DNA of 64,000 nt from an uncultured delta proteobacterium. GTDB lineage: Bacteria > Desulfobacterota > BSN033 > UBA1163. Shown piece after piece: positions 41,393 to 50,225 of this stretch (position 1 is the stretch's first letter; each line of letters opens with the position of its first letter). Position numbers and translations under genes: made by a program. The stretch lies in contig CAVPSJ010000008.1 of NCBI GenBank assembly GCA_963708295.1, forward strand, positions 64,001 to 128,000, written 5' to 3'. The notes under the pieces were generated by a model. That model saw nothing but the letters and a program-made list of their open reading frames with translations, was not told the origin of the DNA and did no database searches.

Positions 41393-42374
41393 GTGATTGA
41401 CATTCCATTAGCTGACATATTTGATAAATTTCCGGATCGACGATACATCATGTTTGGCGGAAAAGGAGGACTTGGGAAAACCACCTTTTCAGCAGCGACA
41501 GCCTATTATTTGGCCAAAAAAGGGAAAAAGGTCCTGGTCTTTTCTGTTGACCCGCAGGCCTCGCTTACCGATATCTTCAAAAAGGATATTTTCGGAAAGG
41601 GGCCCACGGAGATCATGCCCAACCTTTATGCCCAGGAGATCGATGCCGACCGCCGGGTAAAGGAATATCAACAGGAAATTCGGCGTAAGATTCTGGACAT
41701 GTACGGAATGGAAAAGATTCCCGGAGGAGATTGAGAGTTACATCCAGGCTGCGGCGGCCGAACCCGCCATGGAAGAAAGCGCCATTTTTGATGAGGTGGT
41801 GGATATTGTCATCAAGGGCGGCTACGACTACTATATTTATGACCTGGTTCCGTTGGGTCATGCCCTTTACTATCTCAGCATGGCCTCCGTCTACGATGCC
41901 TGGATCAGTAAGATTACGGGCCTCCGGGAGCAGATGCGAGAATATGATCAGGCGGCGGCGGTGATGAAGCGGGAGAAAGAGTTGGATGAAGATGCGATCT
42001 TGAACGAACTGCTGTACATTAAAGATCGTATCAACAAGTCCTCAAGCATCCTGACCGATAAGCAGAAGACAGCCTTCTTTTTTGTTTTGACGGCCGAGGA
42101 GATGATCATCAAGGACACTTTAAAAGCAGCGGAACTTTTTGCCAAATTTGATGTTCCCTTGAGCGGTTACATCATCAACCGGGTCTTGCCTGTCGGTTTG
42201 GCGAGCCAGAATATTCCAGAATATTTGAAAAACCGTCTGACCATGCAGGAACATTATCTGAAGGTGATTGATACGACCTTTGGAAAAGAGATTATGGCAT
42301 CCGTTCCTGAAATGGAGCGAGATGTGACCGGTCTACCCATGATCGAAAAGATGGCGAAGGCCATGTTTGGATGA
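41393..42374 (+). CDS. ArsA/Get3(TRC40)-family ATPase 1; one frameshift near 41725
   Basis: GGKGGLGKTT, SVDPQASL, EID, PAMEES, DLVPLGH, IINRVLP; no Cys. Confidence 0.88.
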
Positions 42375-42428
42375 ATCGGCGGATCACTGAAAGTTGAACG
42401 CTTAAAACTGGATACAAGGAGCACTCAC

Positions 42429-43413
42429 GTGAATCAAATAACGACCAGCATGGAAAAATTCATGAGGGAGCACCCCCGGTTGAAGTATATCTTTTTTGGG
42501 GGGAAGGGAGGGGTCGGAAAAACCGTTATGGCGGGGGCAGCTGCGTTGTGGTCGGCCAAACAAGGAAGAAAGACACTGCTCGCCTCGACCAACCCGGTTC
42601 ATAGCCTTTCCACCCTGTTAGAAAAGGATGTCTTTGGAAAAGCGGCCGTCGTCTGCAACGAAGACAAGTGTTACGCCTTTGAAATTGACACGCGAGATAC
42701 GATCGAACGCTCAAAACAAGAAATCCGTGAAAAGATCAATTGGTTTCTCAAATTTGCGGACATCACGACGAAGGCAGAAGATTTTATCGAATCCGCCACC
42801 ATGAATCCTGCCTTTGAAGAGTCGGCTATGTTTGAAAATATGGTGGATCTCATGTTCAAGGATGAATATGATTTTTACGTCTTCGATACTGCTCCTACAG
42901 CGAATGCAAGACGCTTGCTCGGGATGTCGAAGGTCTATTCCCTCTGGGTGGAGAAGATGCTGAAGAGTCGGGAGGAAGCGAAATCGCTAAGAGAGATACT
43001 TTCCTTCTCGAAAAAAGAAAAAAAAGGATCCCCTCCTGGACTACCTCCTAAGTTTCAAGGATCGAATGTCCCATGCGAAAGACCTCCTGACCGATGAGGC
43101 CCTCACCGCTTTCTTTTTTGTCACCCTCCCCGAAAGCCTCCCGATCGCTGTCATCACCCGCTTCATCAACTGGTTCCACGAATTTGGCATTCCCGTCGGC
43201 GGTGTGGTCGTCAATGGAGTCATCCAGAAGGATCAAGTGGGAAAAGATGCTGCCGAGTTCGTCCGCAACCGAGTCCAGATGCAAGATGAACATATGGGAG
43301 AGATCTGGAAGATATTCGGAGACAGGGTGAGGGCAATCGTTCCCCTTTTTGAAACGGAGGTGAAGGGGGCGAAGATGCTAAATCGAACGGTTGAACATCT
43401 TTTTACGCCCTGA
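42429..43413 (+). CDS. ArsA/Get3(TRC40)-family ATPase 2; one frameshift in the A-run at 43011-43025
   Basis: GGKGGVGKTV, STNPVHSL, EID, PAFEES, DTAPTAN, FFFVTLPESL, VVVNGV, EVKG. Confidence 0.88.
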
Positions 43414-43606
43414 TCCCATCAGGATTTCGACCAAAAATAATTCCTCTTCCGCTCACACATTGCTGCCTTTCCTCATCAAAACCTCGGACTTTTTTGTTCA
43501 CATGCTGAACTATTTTCATATCTAAACGAATCTTCTAGCTCCGAGGTAACTGACTAATCCTTTGAAATCATAAGTAGTTTTCGATTCTTAGCCTATTTAT
43601 GAAAAT

Positions 43607-43622
43607 TGGCATAAGAATTGCT
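43607..43622 (+). promoter_or_regulatory. Sigma-54 promoter
   Basis: TGGCAT-AAGAA-TTGCT; inverted repeat GTTCA-N5-TGAAC about 100 bp upstream may be an enhancer site. Confidence 0.7.
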
Positions 43623-43664
43623 GAGTTATAAGATAGTGTTATTACTTTGCTTTTAGGAGGAATA

Positions 43665-44423
43665 ATGTTAGGTCTGCTCCAGTTATTGCTCGCCGTCATT
43701 GCGATCTACGGCGCCCTCAAATTCTCTGAAGATCTGAAACTTGTCGTTCCTCTGGGATGTCTGATCGCCATGTTTGTCGTGAGCAGAATTGAAAAAGGAA
43801 ATTCCGAAAAGAAGATCTCAAGGAAGAATTTCTTGCAATCAGAAATGGACAAGGTCTCGAAGAAGGAGTCTATGGCAATTAAAGATCAGGATTATTCGAC
43901 CGTTGAGTCACTTCTGTGGCCCAAAAGTGAACTGCTCTTAATCGATACCGTTCATTCCATCTTCAAGGACTTGGGGTTCAGGATTTCTACCGGGATTAAC
44001 TACCAATCCGTGGATCGCATCATGAAGATCCCGGAAACCCGGATGGTCTTTGGAGTACAGGTTCTGATCAGTGAAGGAGAAGTAGAGGGAAACCATCCCA
44101 AAATCAATCGGGCCTTACAGTTTGATAAAGAGAAGAGGGAGAATGAGAAATCCCTGATTATTGCGGCCACTCATATTCGTCTCCCCCTTTCTGAAATGGG
44201 CCAAGTGCCCCATCTCTCCAAAGAGCTGAGCCATTTCTTAAGTCGGCACAATATGAGTTTGATTACCACCCGCCACCTTTACGAACTTTGGCAGAAGGCC
44301 AGGGGGGGGGAGATTGATATTCTTGGTTTTTTTGAGCACGTCTATTCTCACTCCAATGGGGCCGCACTATTAAACGGGGCTGTAAATTCTCACTCACCCA
44401 TGTCGAACCTGCCCGTCCAGTAG
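43665..44423 (+). CDS. Hypothetical protein with two N-terminal TM helices
   Basis: AGGAGG SD; hydrophobic N-terminus, soluble alpha/beta C-terminal domain. Confidence 0.7.
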   Translation: MLGLLQLLLAVIAIYGALKFSEDLKLVVPLGCLIAMFVVSRIEKGNSEKKISRKNFLQSEMDKVSKKESMAIKDQDYSTVESLLWPKSELLLIDTVHSIFKDLGFRISTGINYQSVDRIMKIPETRMVFGVQVLISEGEVEGNHPKINRALQFDKEKRENEKSLIIAATHIRLPLSEMGQVPHLSKELSHFLSRHNMSLITTRHLYELWQKARGGEIDILGFFEHVYSHSNGAALLNGAVNSHSPMSNLPVQ

Positions 44424-44595
44424 TAAACAAAAGGGGCCGAGAGGCCCAGCGCCATTAAAATCCTCGATCTCCAATACTTCTCCTTACAGAATTTCTATTT
44501 TGTTGTGGTTTTATCGTTTCGCTTGAACCCTTAATCCCAAAAGCCTTGAACCCAAAAATTGTGAGATCTTTCGATTTATTCATCTCCTCGTTATA

Positions 44596-45360
44596 ATGGA
44601 AGTGATGAAAGTCAAAGAGATCTTCGCCAAGACCGTTCTGACCAAGACAGCCATCTCCGGTTTTGATTACTGTATCAACCCTTATGTCGGGTGTGGACAT
44701 GGTTGCCGGTACTGTTATGCCAGCTTCATGAAGCGTTTCACCGGTCATCTGGAGCCCTGGGGGGAGTTCATCGATGTGAAGGTCAATGCCCCTGTTCTGC
44801 TGAAGAAGCAGTTAAAGCGAGCGAAGCAAGGGTTGGTGGCCCTCAGTACGGTGACCGACCCCTATCAGCCGGTCGAGAAAAAATATCAACTGACTCGAAA
44901 ATGTTTAGAAGCCCTTCTGGAAGCTGAATTTTCTGTCAATCTCCTGACCCGGTCACCTCTTTGCATGAGAGATATTGATTTGTTGAAGCAGTTTGGAAAT
45001 ATTGAAGTAGGCTTCTCTATTGCGACTCATGATGAGGGGATCAAGAAGCTTTTTGAGCCCCATTCTCCTTCGATCGACTCCCGGGTGAAAGCTCTGCGAG
45101 CCCTCCATCGAGAAAAGATTCGGACTTACGCTTTTGTCGGTCCGATGCTTCCTTTGGACCCGAAGCCGCTTGTGGCGATGCTGGAAGGGGTGATTGATGA
45201 GGTTTTGATCGATCGAATGAATTACCCGAATAAGGTGAAAGCGATTTATCGCAAAGCCAAACTGGATCGGTATTTGGAAGAAAGCTATTTTCATCTGGTC
45301 GGAATCGAGTTGAAGGAGCGTTTTGAAGAAAAAGGAATTCCTGTTTCGATGATATTTTAG
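44596..45360 (+). CDS. Radical SAM protein, SplB-like (DNA repair photolyase) family
   Basis: INPYVGCGHGCRYCYA, VKVNAP, STVTDPYQP.E..Y.LTR, FEP. Confidence 0.88.
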   Translation: MEVMKVKEIFAKTVLTKTAISGFDYCINPYVGCGHGCRYCYASFMKRFTGHLEPWGEFIDVKVNAPVLLKKQLKRAKQGLVALSTVTDPYQPVEKKYQLTRKCLEALLEAEFSVNLLTRSPLCMRDIDLLKQFGNIEVGFSIATHDEGIKKLFEPHSPSIDSRVKALRALHREKIRTYAFVGPMLPLDPKPLVAMLEGVIDEVLIDRMNYPNKVKAIYRKAKLDRYLEESYFHLVGIELKERFEEKGIPVSMIF

Positions 45361-45361
45361 G

Positions 45362-45501
45362 AAAGTGACTAAAATTCAAAATGGGCGAAAGTGAACTAAA
45401 GTGACTAAAGTGAAAAGTGACTAAAGTTAAGAGATCGGAAAAACTTCAACTTCATTTGAATTCAACTCTAGGCATTTTAGGCACTTCTAACTTTAGGCAC
45501 T
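45362..45501. repeat. Nonamer-periodic inverted-repeat element
   Basis: AAAGTGACT repeated on the left arm, AGGCA(C/T)TT / CTTTAGGCAC on the right arm. Confidence 0.75.
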
Positions 45502-45516
45502 CAATGGAGGTATTCT

Positions 45517-46440
45517 ATGACCCTCGGTAGATTCGGATTGAGAAGAAGAGAATATGATTTTCCACCCTTCCGGCCGCCCAGCGAGGCGAACAGTCTCCTT
45601 CTGAGAGTGACCCGGGGATGTCCGTGGAACCGATGTACCTTCTGCTCAATGTACAAAGGGACGAAGTTCGAGATCAGACCCGTCGAGGAAGTCCTGGGAG
45701 ATATCGAATCCGCAAGAGATCTTTATGGGGATAGAGTCAGGACCGTTTTTATCGGAGACTCCAATAGCCTTGTGGTGAAAACCGAAATGCTGGTCAAAAT
45801 TATGAACGCCCTTCTTTCATCCTTCCCTCACGTCGAACGGGTGACCAGTTATGCCCGAGCCAAGACCATTGCCAAGAAACCCCTGGAGGATTTAATAAGA
45901 ATTCGGGAAGCGGGCTTAAACCGGCTTCACGTAGGTCTTGAAACCGGAGACCGTGATCTTCTCAAGGAGATTGCGAAGGGGGCGACCCCGGAAGAGATGG
46001 TCGAGGCGGGAAGAAAAGCGAAGGAAGCCGGGTTTGAATATTCTCTCTATGTCTTGCTGGGGATTGGCGGTGAGGAAAAATGGGAACAGCATGCCAAAGG
46101 GACGGCTGAGGTGTTAAATCAAATCGATCCCCATTTCATCCGTGTTCGAACCTTTATCCCCCAACCCAATTCTTCGGTTTATGATGCTATTACAGAAGGC
46201 CGTTTTCAACCGCCCCGGCCGGAAACGATACTAAAGGAAACAAAACTGCTTTTGGAGAAGCTTCAGGTGACTTCCCAGTTCTTAAGCGACCATATTTCTA
46301 ACCTTCTTCCCCTCCACGGAAAGCTTCCCGAAGATAAGGGGAAAATGATTCAGATGATCGAAGAGGTCCTCAAAGGGTTGAAAGAAAATGATGGGTTGAG
46401 AGAAGAGATGGAGATGAGAAGACACCTCACCAATCTGTAA
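45517..46440 (+). CDS. Radical SAM protein of unknown function
   Basis: RPPSEA.SLLL.VT.GCPWNRCTFCSMYK, F.GD.N, GLETG, SDH.SN. Confidence 0.88.
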   Translation: MTLGRFGLRRREYDFPPFRPPSEANSLLLRVTRGCPWNRCTFCSMYKGTKFEIRPVEEVLGDIESARDLYGDRVRTVFIGDSNSLVVKTEMLVKIMNALLSSFPHVERVTSYARAKTIAKKPLEDLIRIREAGLNRLHVGLETGDRDLLKEIAKGATPEEMVEAGRKAKEAGFEYSLYVLLGIGGEEKWEQHAKGTAEVLNQIDPHFIRVRTFIPQPNSSVYDAITEGRFQPPRPETILKETKLLLEKLQVTSQFLSDHISNLLPLHGKLPEDKGKMIQMIEEVLKGLKENDGLREEMEMRRHLTNL

Positions 46441-46552
46441 TTAACACTTAGGGAACCCCGGCCCGGATGGCGGATACTTACCCTCCTCACCCATTGTTGC
46501 CAGTAATTCTGCCCAACCAGAGGGTTTTGATTTCACCTACAAAGCGTCGAAG

Positions 46553-47071
46553 TTAGTCTTTATCGAGATTGTTGATTTCTGATTGAAAGACAGTATGAGG
46601 AGCCGTTTCTGCCTTTTGGTTTCTGATATATTCTTGAACGACTTCAGCTGTAATTCCATCTGCGACACTAGCAATGTAATAGCCCGCTGCCCAAAACGTT
46701 CCCTCTTTCCAGATGTGTTGTTGAATAACGTCGAGGAATTCTTCCCTGATCTTTCTTGAGGATATACTTTTTAAAATCTGAACAATCCTCATAGGTGTGT
46801 CTGTAGGTCGTGCCTCAATCAACATATGAACGTGGTCAGGCATCACTTCATGAGCGATGATCTTGAACCCGTACTCATAGGCAATGTCGGCTAAGATGCG
46901 TTTTAACCGGACCGCCAAATTACCAATTAGAAAGCTTCGACGGTATTTTGTTATCCAGACAAGATGATATTTCAAGTTGTATCTTGAGTGCGAGCCTGAC
47001 CTCGTATTGTCTTGATAGAAATAATCCAAGACTGCTTTTAATGTCTCTTGTCGTTTTGTTTCTTCATACAT
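46553..47071 (-). mobile_element. tnpA: IS200/IS605-family Y1 transposase, no adjacent tnpB
   Basis: Y.LKYHLVW.TKYRR, MPDHVH (HUH), LKS.SSR, FW..GYY..SV, EYI.NQ catalytic Tyr; element ends not resolved. Confidence 0.92.
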
Positions 47072-47476
47072 GTTCTTTTGCCTTTCAGGGGAGCTTTCGG
47101 AAGGGGTGTTTCAAATACTGATTATAGAAAGTAATCTAGAGCTTTCATAGCCAGCTGTCAATCAACGACTTCAGAAAGAAACATTGCATCTCTTCCCCTC
47201 GTTTGCCCAAGAAATGGGCAGTCAGACCGGCAACGGATTAACAGGAGATACCCCAAAGAATGAAGATTTCTTTTGAAAGTCATTGGATCGTTTCTTCTTC
47301 CACCCATGCAGACGAACTTCCCACAAAATGTTTCCTGAAGACTTCATCCCGAAATTAGCAGAGGTCTCTCGGAAAATAAGAGGAATCCCAATTATGAGAG
47401 ACAGGCCCTTCGGTCTAATAAAAAGGTGAAAGACAGGATGGAAAACTTAATCGCAATCCCCTGTCTCACTACTTGG

Positions 47477-47740
47477 CTAATTTAGCTTGTGGCAGATCAG
47501 GCATTGTTCCTTCGGTGGGTGTTTAGTAGGTAAAGGGATAGCCTGAGAGTTGTGGCAGGTTATGCAGCCTCTTTCAACCTCAATCCTGTCCCCGCCTTTC
47601 TTCATGGCCTCATGAAAGGCTCGGTGCTTCTTGTCAGCAGGTACTCGCTTGGCTTTTTCATGGCCAGTAATCATAATGAGCACAACGATCACGACCGCAA
47701 CAGCTGCAATTGTTAACAAGTCTCTCTTGGTCACCTTCAT
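47477..47740 (-). CDS. Small membrane-anchored diheme cytochrome c
   Basis: N-terminal TM; CITCH and CLICH heme motifs; extra His as possible distal ligands. Confidence 0.85.
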   Translation of the reverse strand: MKVTKRDLLTIAAVAVVIVVLIMITGHEKAKRVPADKKHRAFHEAMKKGGDRIEVERGCITCHNSQAIPLPTKHPPKEQCLICHKLN

Positions 47741-47896
47741 GAAATCACCCTGCTTTTACTGTCCAGCCTCAGAGAAACGGTTTTTTCAAATTCGATAGCT
47801 TGACCTCATCCTTTGGACAGACTCGTAGCGCAATTACACCTATCAATCCGTAAGGTGAGCTAATCTGAGCGTTGATGATTACCGATGGAAATAAAC

Positions 47897-47930
47897 AAAA
47901 AAGGGCAAGACCATTTCTAATCCTGCCCTT
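47897..47930 (-). terminator. Rho-independent terminator after the DJ-1-like gene
   Basis: AAGGGCA...TGCCCTT stem with minus-strand U-tract. Confidence 0.55.
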
Positions 47931-48004
47931 GTGATGTTGTGATTGACACGGAACTCTTGCTTCAGATCATTTTTATGGGAATTTTAACTGAGCCTATAAT
48001 GTTT

Positions 48005-48694
48005 TCATTTAGGCCCAATTGCTGCAATGAATTTCTGTGTCAATTCGACAGTCCCATTTTGCAGGCCTAACGCTCTTTCCAACATGGGGCAAGCTCCAGA
48101 AGTGATGATTTTGCCATCCTGGACGACTCCCGTCCCACTATAAATTGCCCCTTCGAATCTTGGATCCGTTATCGACCGTGTTTTCGTCGTCTTAAGAGGA
48201 TCCCCGACGTAGGCGTATCTCTTTCCCTTCAAGAGGCCTGCTTCCGCCAAGATAATAGCCGAGTTTGCAGCAGCAGCAACAGGTTTCCCGTCTGCGAGAC
48301 ACTTCTTTGCTGCCTCCATTGCCAGAGGAGCCACTGGCGGGCCTGGAAACATCCCGACAGCCATGCACGGCATAATTATACCCGCATAGTCGTTCAATTT
48401 GATTTCTGATAGCCTCAAAACTTTTTCAATTTTTTGCGTAGGACCTATGCAGGGGTAGCCTGATGTGGTAGCGATGTCCACATCAAAGCCTGCATTTTTA
48501 AGAAGAAGGGTCATCACACCCACTTCCATTTTGATCATCAGGTCTGCATCTTGTGAGTATCCTTCACGAGGAATCATGAGAACTTTGCGAACGCTCTGTC
48601 CCAAGGCCTCCGTAGGCCCCATGATGGAATGTGATGAAAATGAAACTACCCCAATAACAAAAATTAGTGAAGCAAGGATGACAATTTTTCTCAT
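48005..48694 (-). CDS. Exported DJ-1/PfpI-fold protein
   Basis: Signal peptide; KVLMI...E...L.NAGF.V.IAT, DYAGIIMP, GKPVAA...ILAEAGLLKGKR, VVQDGKIITS. Confidence 0.8.
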   Translation of the reverse strand: MRKIVILASLIFVIGVVSFSSHSIMGPTEALGQSVRKVLMIPREGYSQDADLMIKMEVGVMTLLLKNAGFDVDIATTSGYPCIGPTQKIEKVLRLSEIKLNDYAGIIMPCMAVGMFPGPPVAPLAMEAAKKCLADGKPVAAAANSAIILAEAGLLKGKRYAYVGDPLKTTKTRSITDPRFEGAIYSGTGVVQDGKIITSGACPMLERALGLQNGTVELTQKFIAAIGPK

Positions 48695-49110
48695 TTTCGT
48701 CCTCCTTCCGCATTACTGTTTTTTTATCATTAGGAGAGTATTCTGGAGTTTGCCCTTACAGGTTTCTGTCATTTTGAGTGCCTCCAAAGGGATAATCAAT
48801 TCCCTTGGAGGCTTCAACTCGGGACCTCTGAAAGTTCCTTTTCATAACTCTCTCCAAAAGGTTACGGTTAAGTTGAGAAGTTGGCTTTTAAAGGCGATGT
48901 AAGTTGGTAAGAAAGTACTAATTCTAATTGAAAAAGTCAACAAGAATTATCGATTACCACTTCAAAAGTTGTATGAGTGGAGGATTCCAGAAGATCACGA
49001 GTACAGGAAGTTATCCACGATGCGGCAGGGAATCGGATTACGCTGACGAACGAGTAGTATTCGTCCGCGAATCAGACAGGCTACCGAGGAAAGCAAATAA
49101 ACCCCTTAAC

Positions 49111-49401
49111 TTACGTGTCCCGATCTTCCCGGAGGAATTCCTGAGCCACGCCCTCGCGTGCAGGAAACTGCGGCGGTAATCGCATTGCCCTTCCTTTCCG
49201 CACCGGTCCAAGCAGACCTTGCTCCTCCATTTTCTTGATTCGCTCGGCCAGCGAGAAATGATCTTTCGGCACCGGCACAATTTTCCCCACCGGTTTACCC
49301 CGATCAGTAATAATAACTTCCTGAACTTGCGTCACCATTTTTAATAGCTTACTTAGATTGATTTTTGCCTCTCTAACGCCAACACTAATCATCTTCGTCA
49401 T
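49111..49401 (-). CDS. Phd/YefM-family antitoxin, no toxin gene downstream
   Basis: VGVREAK.NLSKLL..V...EVIITDRGKPV..IVP. Confidence 0.85.
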   Translation of the reverse strand: MTKMISVGVREAKINLSKLLKMVTQVQEVIITDRGKPVGKIVPVPKDHFSLAERIKKMEEQGLLGPVRKGRAMRLPPQFPAREGVAQEFLREDRDT

Positions 49402-49413
49402 CCGTAATATAGT

Positions 49414-49481
49414 TCAAATAGTTCCGATCTCTTTGGGGATTTCCACCAGCATCTTCGTTCCGAATCTCACACATTTTCTAA
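49414..49481 (-). pseudogene. Diverged duplicate of the 3' end of the M20 peptidase gene
   Basis: 49438-49469 matches 50247-50278 at 30 of 32 nt; reads RFGTKMLVEIPKEIGTI* versus RFGTKMLVEIIKEVAT*. Confidence 0.85.
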
Positions 49482-49903
49482 GGACTGACTATGTCTACTT
49501 CTTCTGCATCCCTAAAATGCTTTTTATCGAATGTATAGATTTTCTTAGCGCCTTTGACTTTTGCAAATTCAATGATCCAGCCATCGATCAGGTCAATTTT
49601 CTTGCTGTGATAGAGTTTCAGGGCTGCCTTTATCACCGGTTTGTCTTGGGTGTCAATCCCGGGTGTGTTAAGGATAGCCTCGACCAACCCCGTGATATCA
49701 TCCGCTGTCATTTTATAAAAACTCTCTAAAACCCAGACAAGCTCTGCAATGACAATTGAAGGAATCAATATCTTTATCTCCCCTTTTCGAGCGCTGTTCA
49801 AAAGGGAATCGACCGCTTTCGCCTTTTGCGGTTCGTCATCCGTCAAATAGCGAACAAGAAGATTCGTATCAATCACAACGTCTTCTTTGTTATTTTCTAA
49901 CAC
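49478..49903 (-). CDS. vapC: PIN-domain toxin (VapC-like)
   Basis: IDTNLLVRYL..D, VIAELVWVLES, DLID, IYTFDKKHF; overlaps the antitoxin stop. Confidence 0.88.
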   Translation of the reverse strand: MLENNKEDVVIDTNLLVRYLTDDEPQKAKAVDSLLNSARKGEIKILIPSIVIAELVWVLESFYKMTADDITGLVEAILNTPGIDTQDKPVIKAALKLYHSKKIDLIDGWIIEFAKVKGAKKIYTFDKKHFRDAEEVDIVSP

Positions 49904-50144
49904 GGCCTAATTTATCCCCAAGATGTTTTTTTGCCACATTCCTCATGACATCAAAGTCTGCGGGTGCTCTTTTTCCTTTTAGGAATCCCTTGAATTCGCG
50001 AAGTGTTTTAGCCGTTCTTACGATGACCTTATCATCTTCTTTTTCAAAAACGACCACCGCTCCTGTATCGACCTTGAGAAGCCTTCTGACTTCCTTGGGC
50101 AATGTAATTTGGCCCTTTGATGTGATCTTAGCGGTTAATGCCAT
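49890..50144 (-). CDS. AbrB/MazE/SpoVT-family antitoxin (VapB-like)
   Basis: AKITSKGQITLPKEVR..L....G..V.F. Confidence 0.9.
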   Translation of the reverse strand: MALTAKITSKGQITLPKEVRRLLKVDTGAVVVFEKEDDKVIVRTAKTLREFKGFLKGKRAPADFDVMRNVAKKHLGDKLGRVRK

Positions 50145-50152
50145 CGGACAAC

Positions 50153-50210
50153 TCCTTACAATAAATAAGTTCCTTACTTTTATACTATATCTTACCTACC
50201 CTCTTGTCAA
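50153..50210 (-). promoter_or_regulatory. Promoter/operator of the abrB-vapC module
   Basis: Minus strand TTGACA-N17-TAGTAT (50210-50182); repeated GTAAG(GA) motifs at 50153, 50171 and 50191. Confidence 0.6.
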
Positions 50211-50225
50211 GGGGAATTATAAAAA

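Noticed and set aside
43011-43026. A_AAA_AAG-like slippery site in ArsA ATPase 2
   Set aside because: Restoring ...KDPLLDYLL needs a +1 shift, not the -1 shift this motif promotes; an over-called homopolymer is simpler.
41393-43413. Arsenic resistance operon
   Set aside because: No arsB/acr3/arsC/arsR/arsD, and ATPase 1 has no cysteines.
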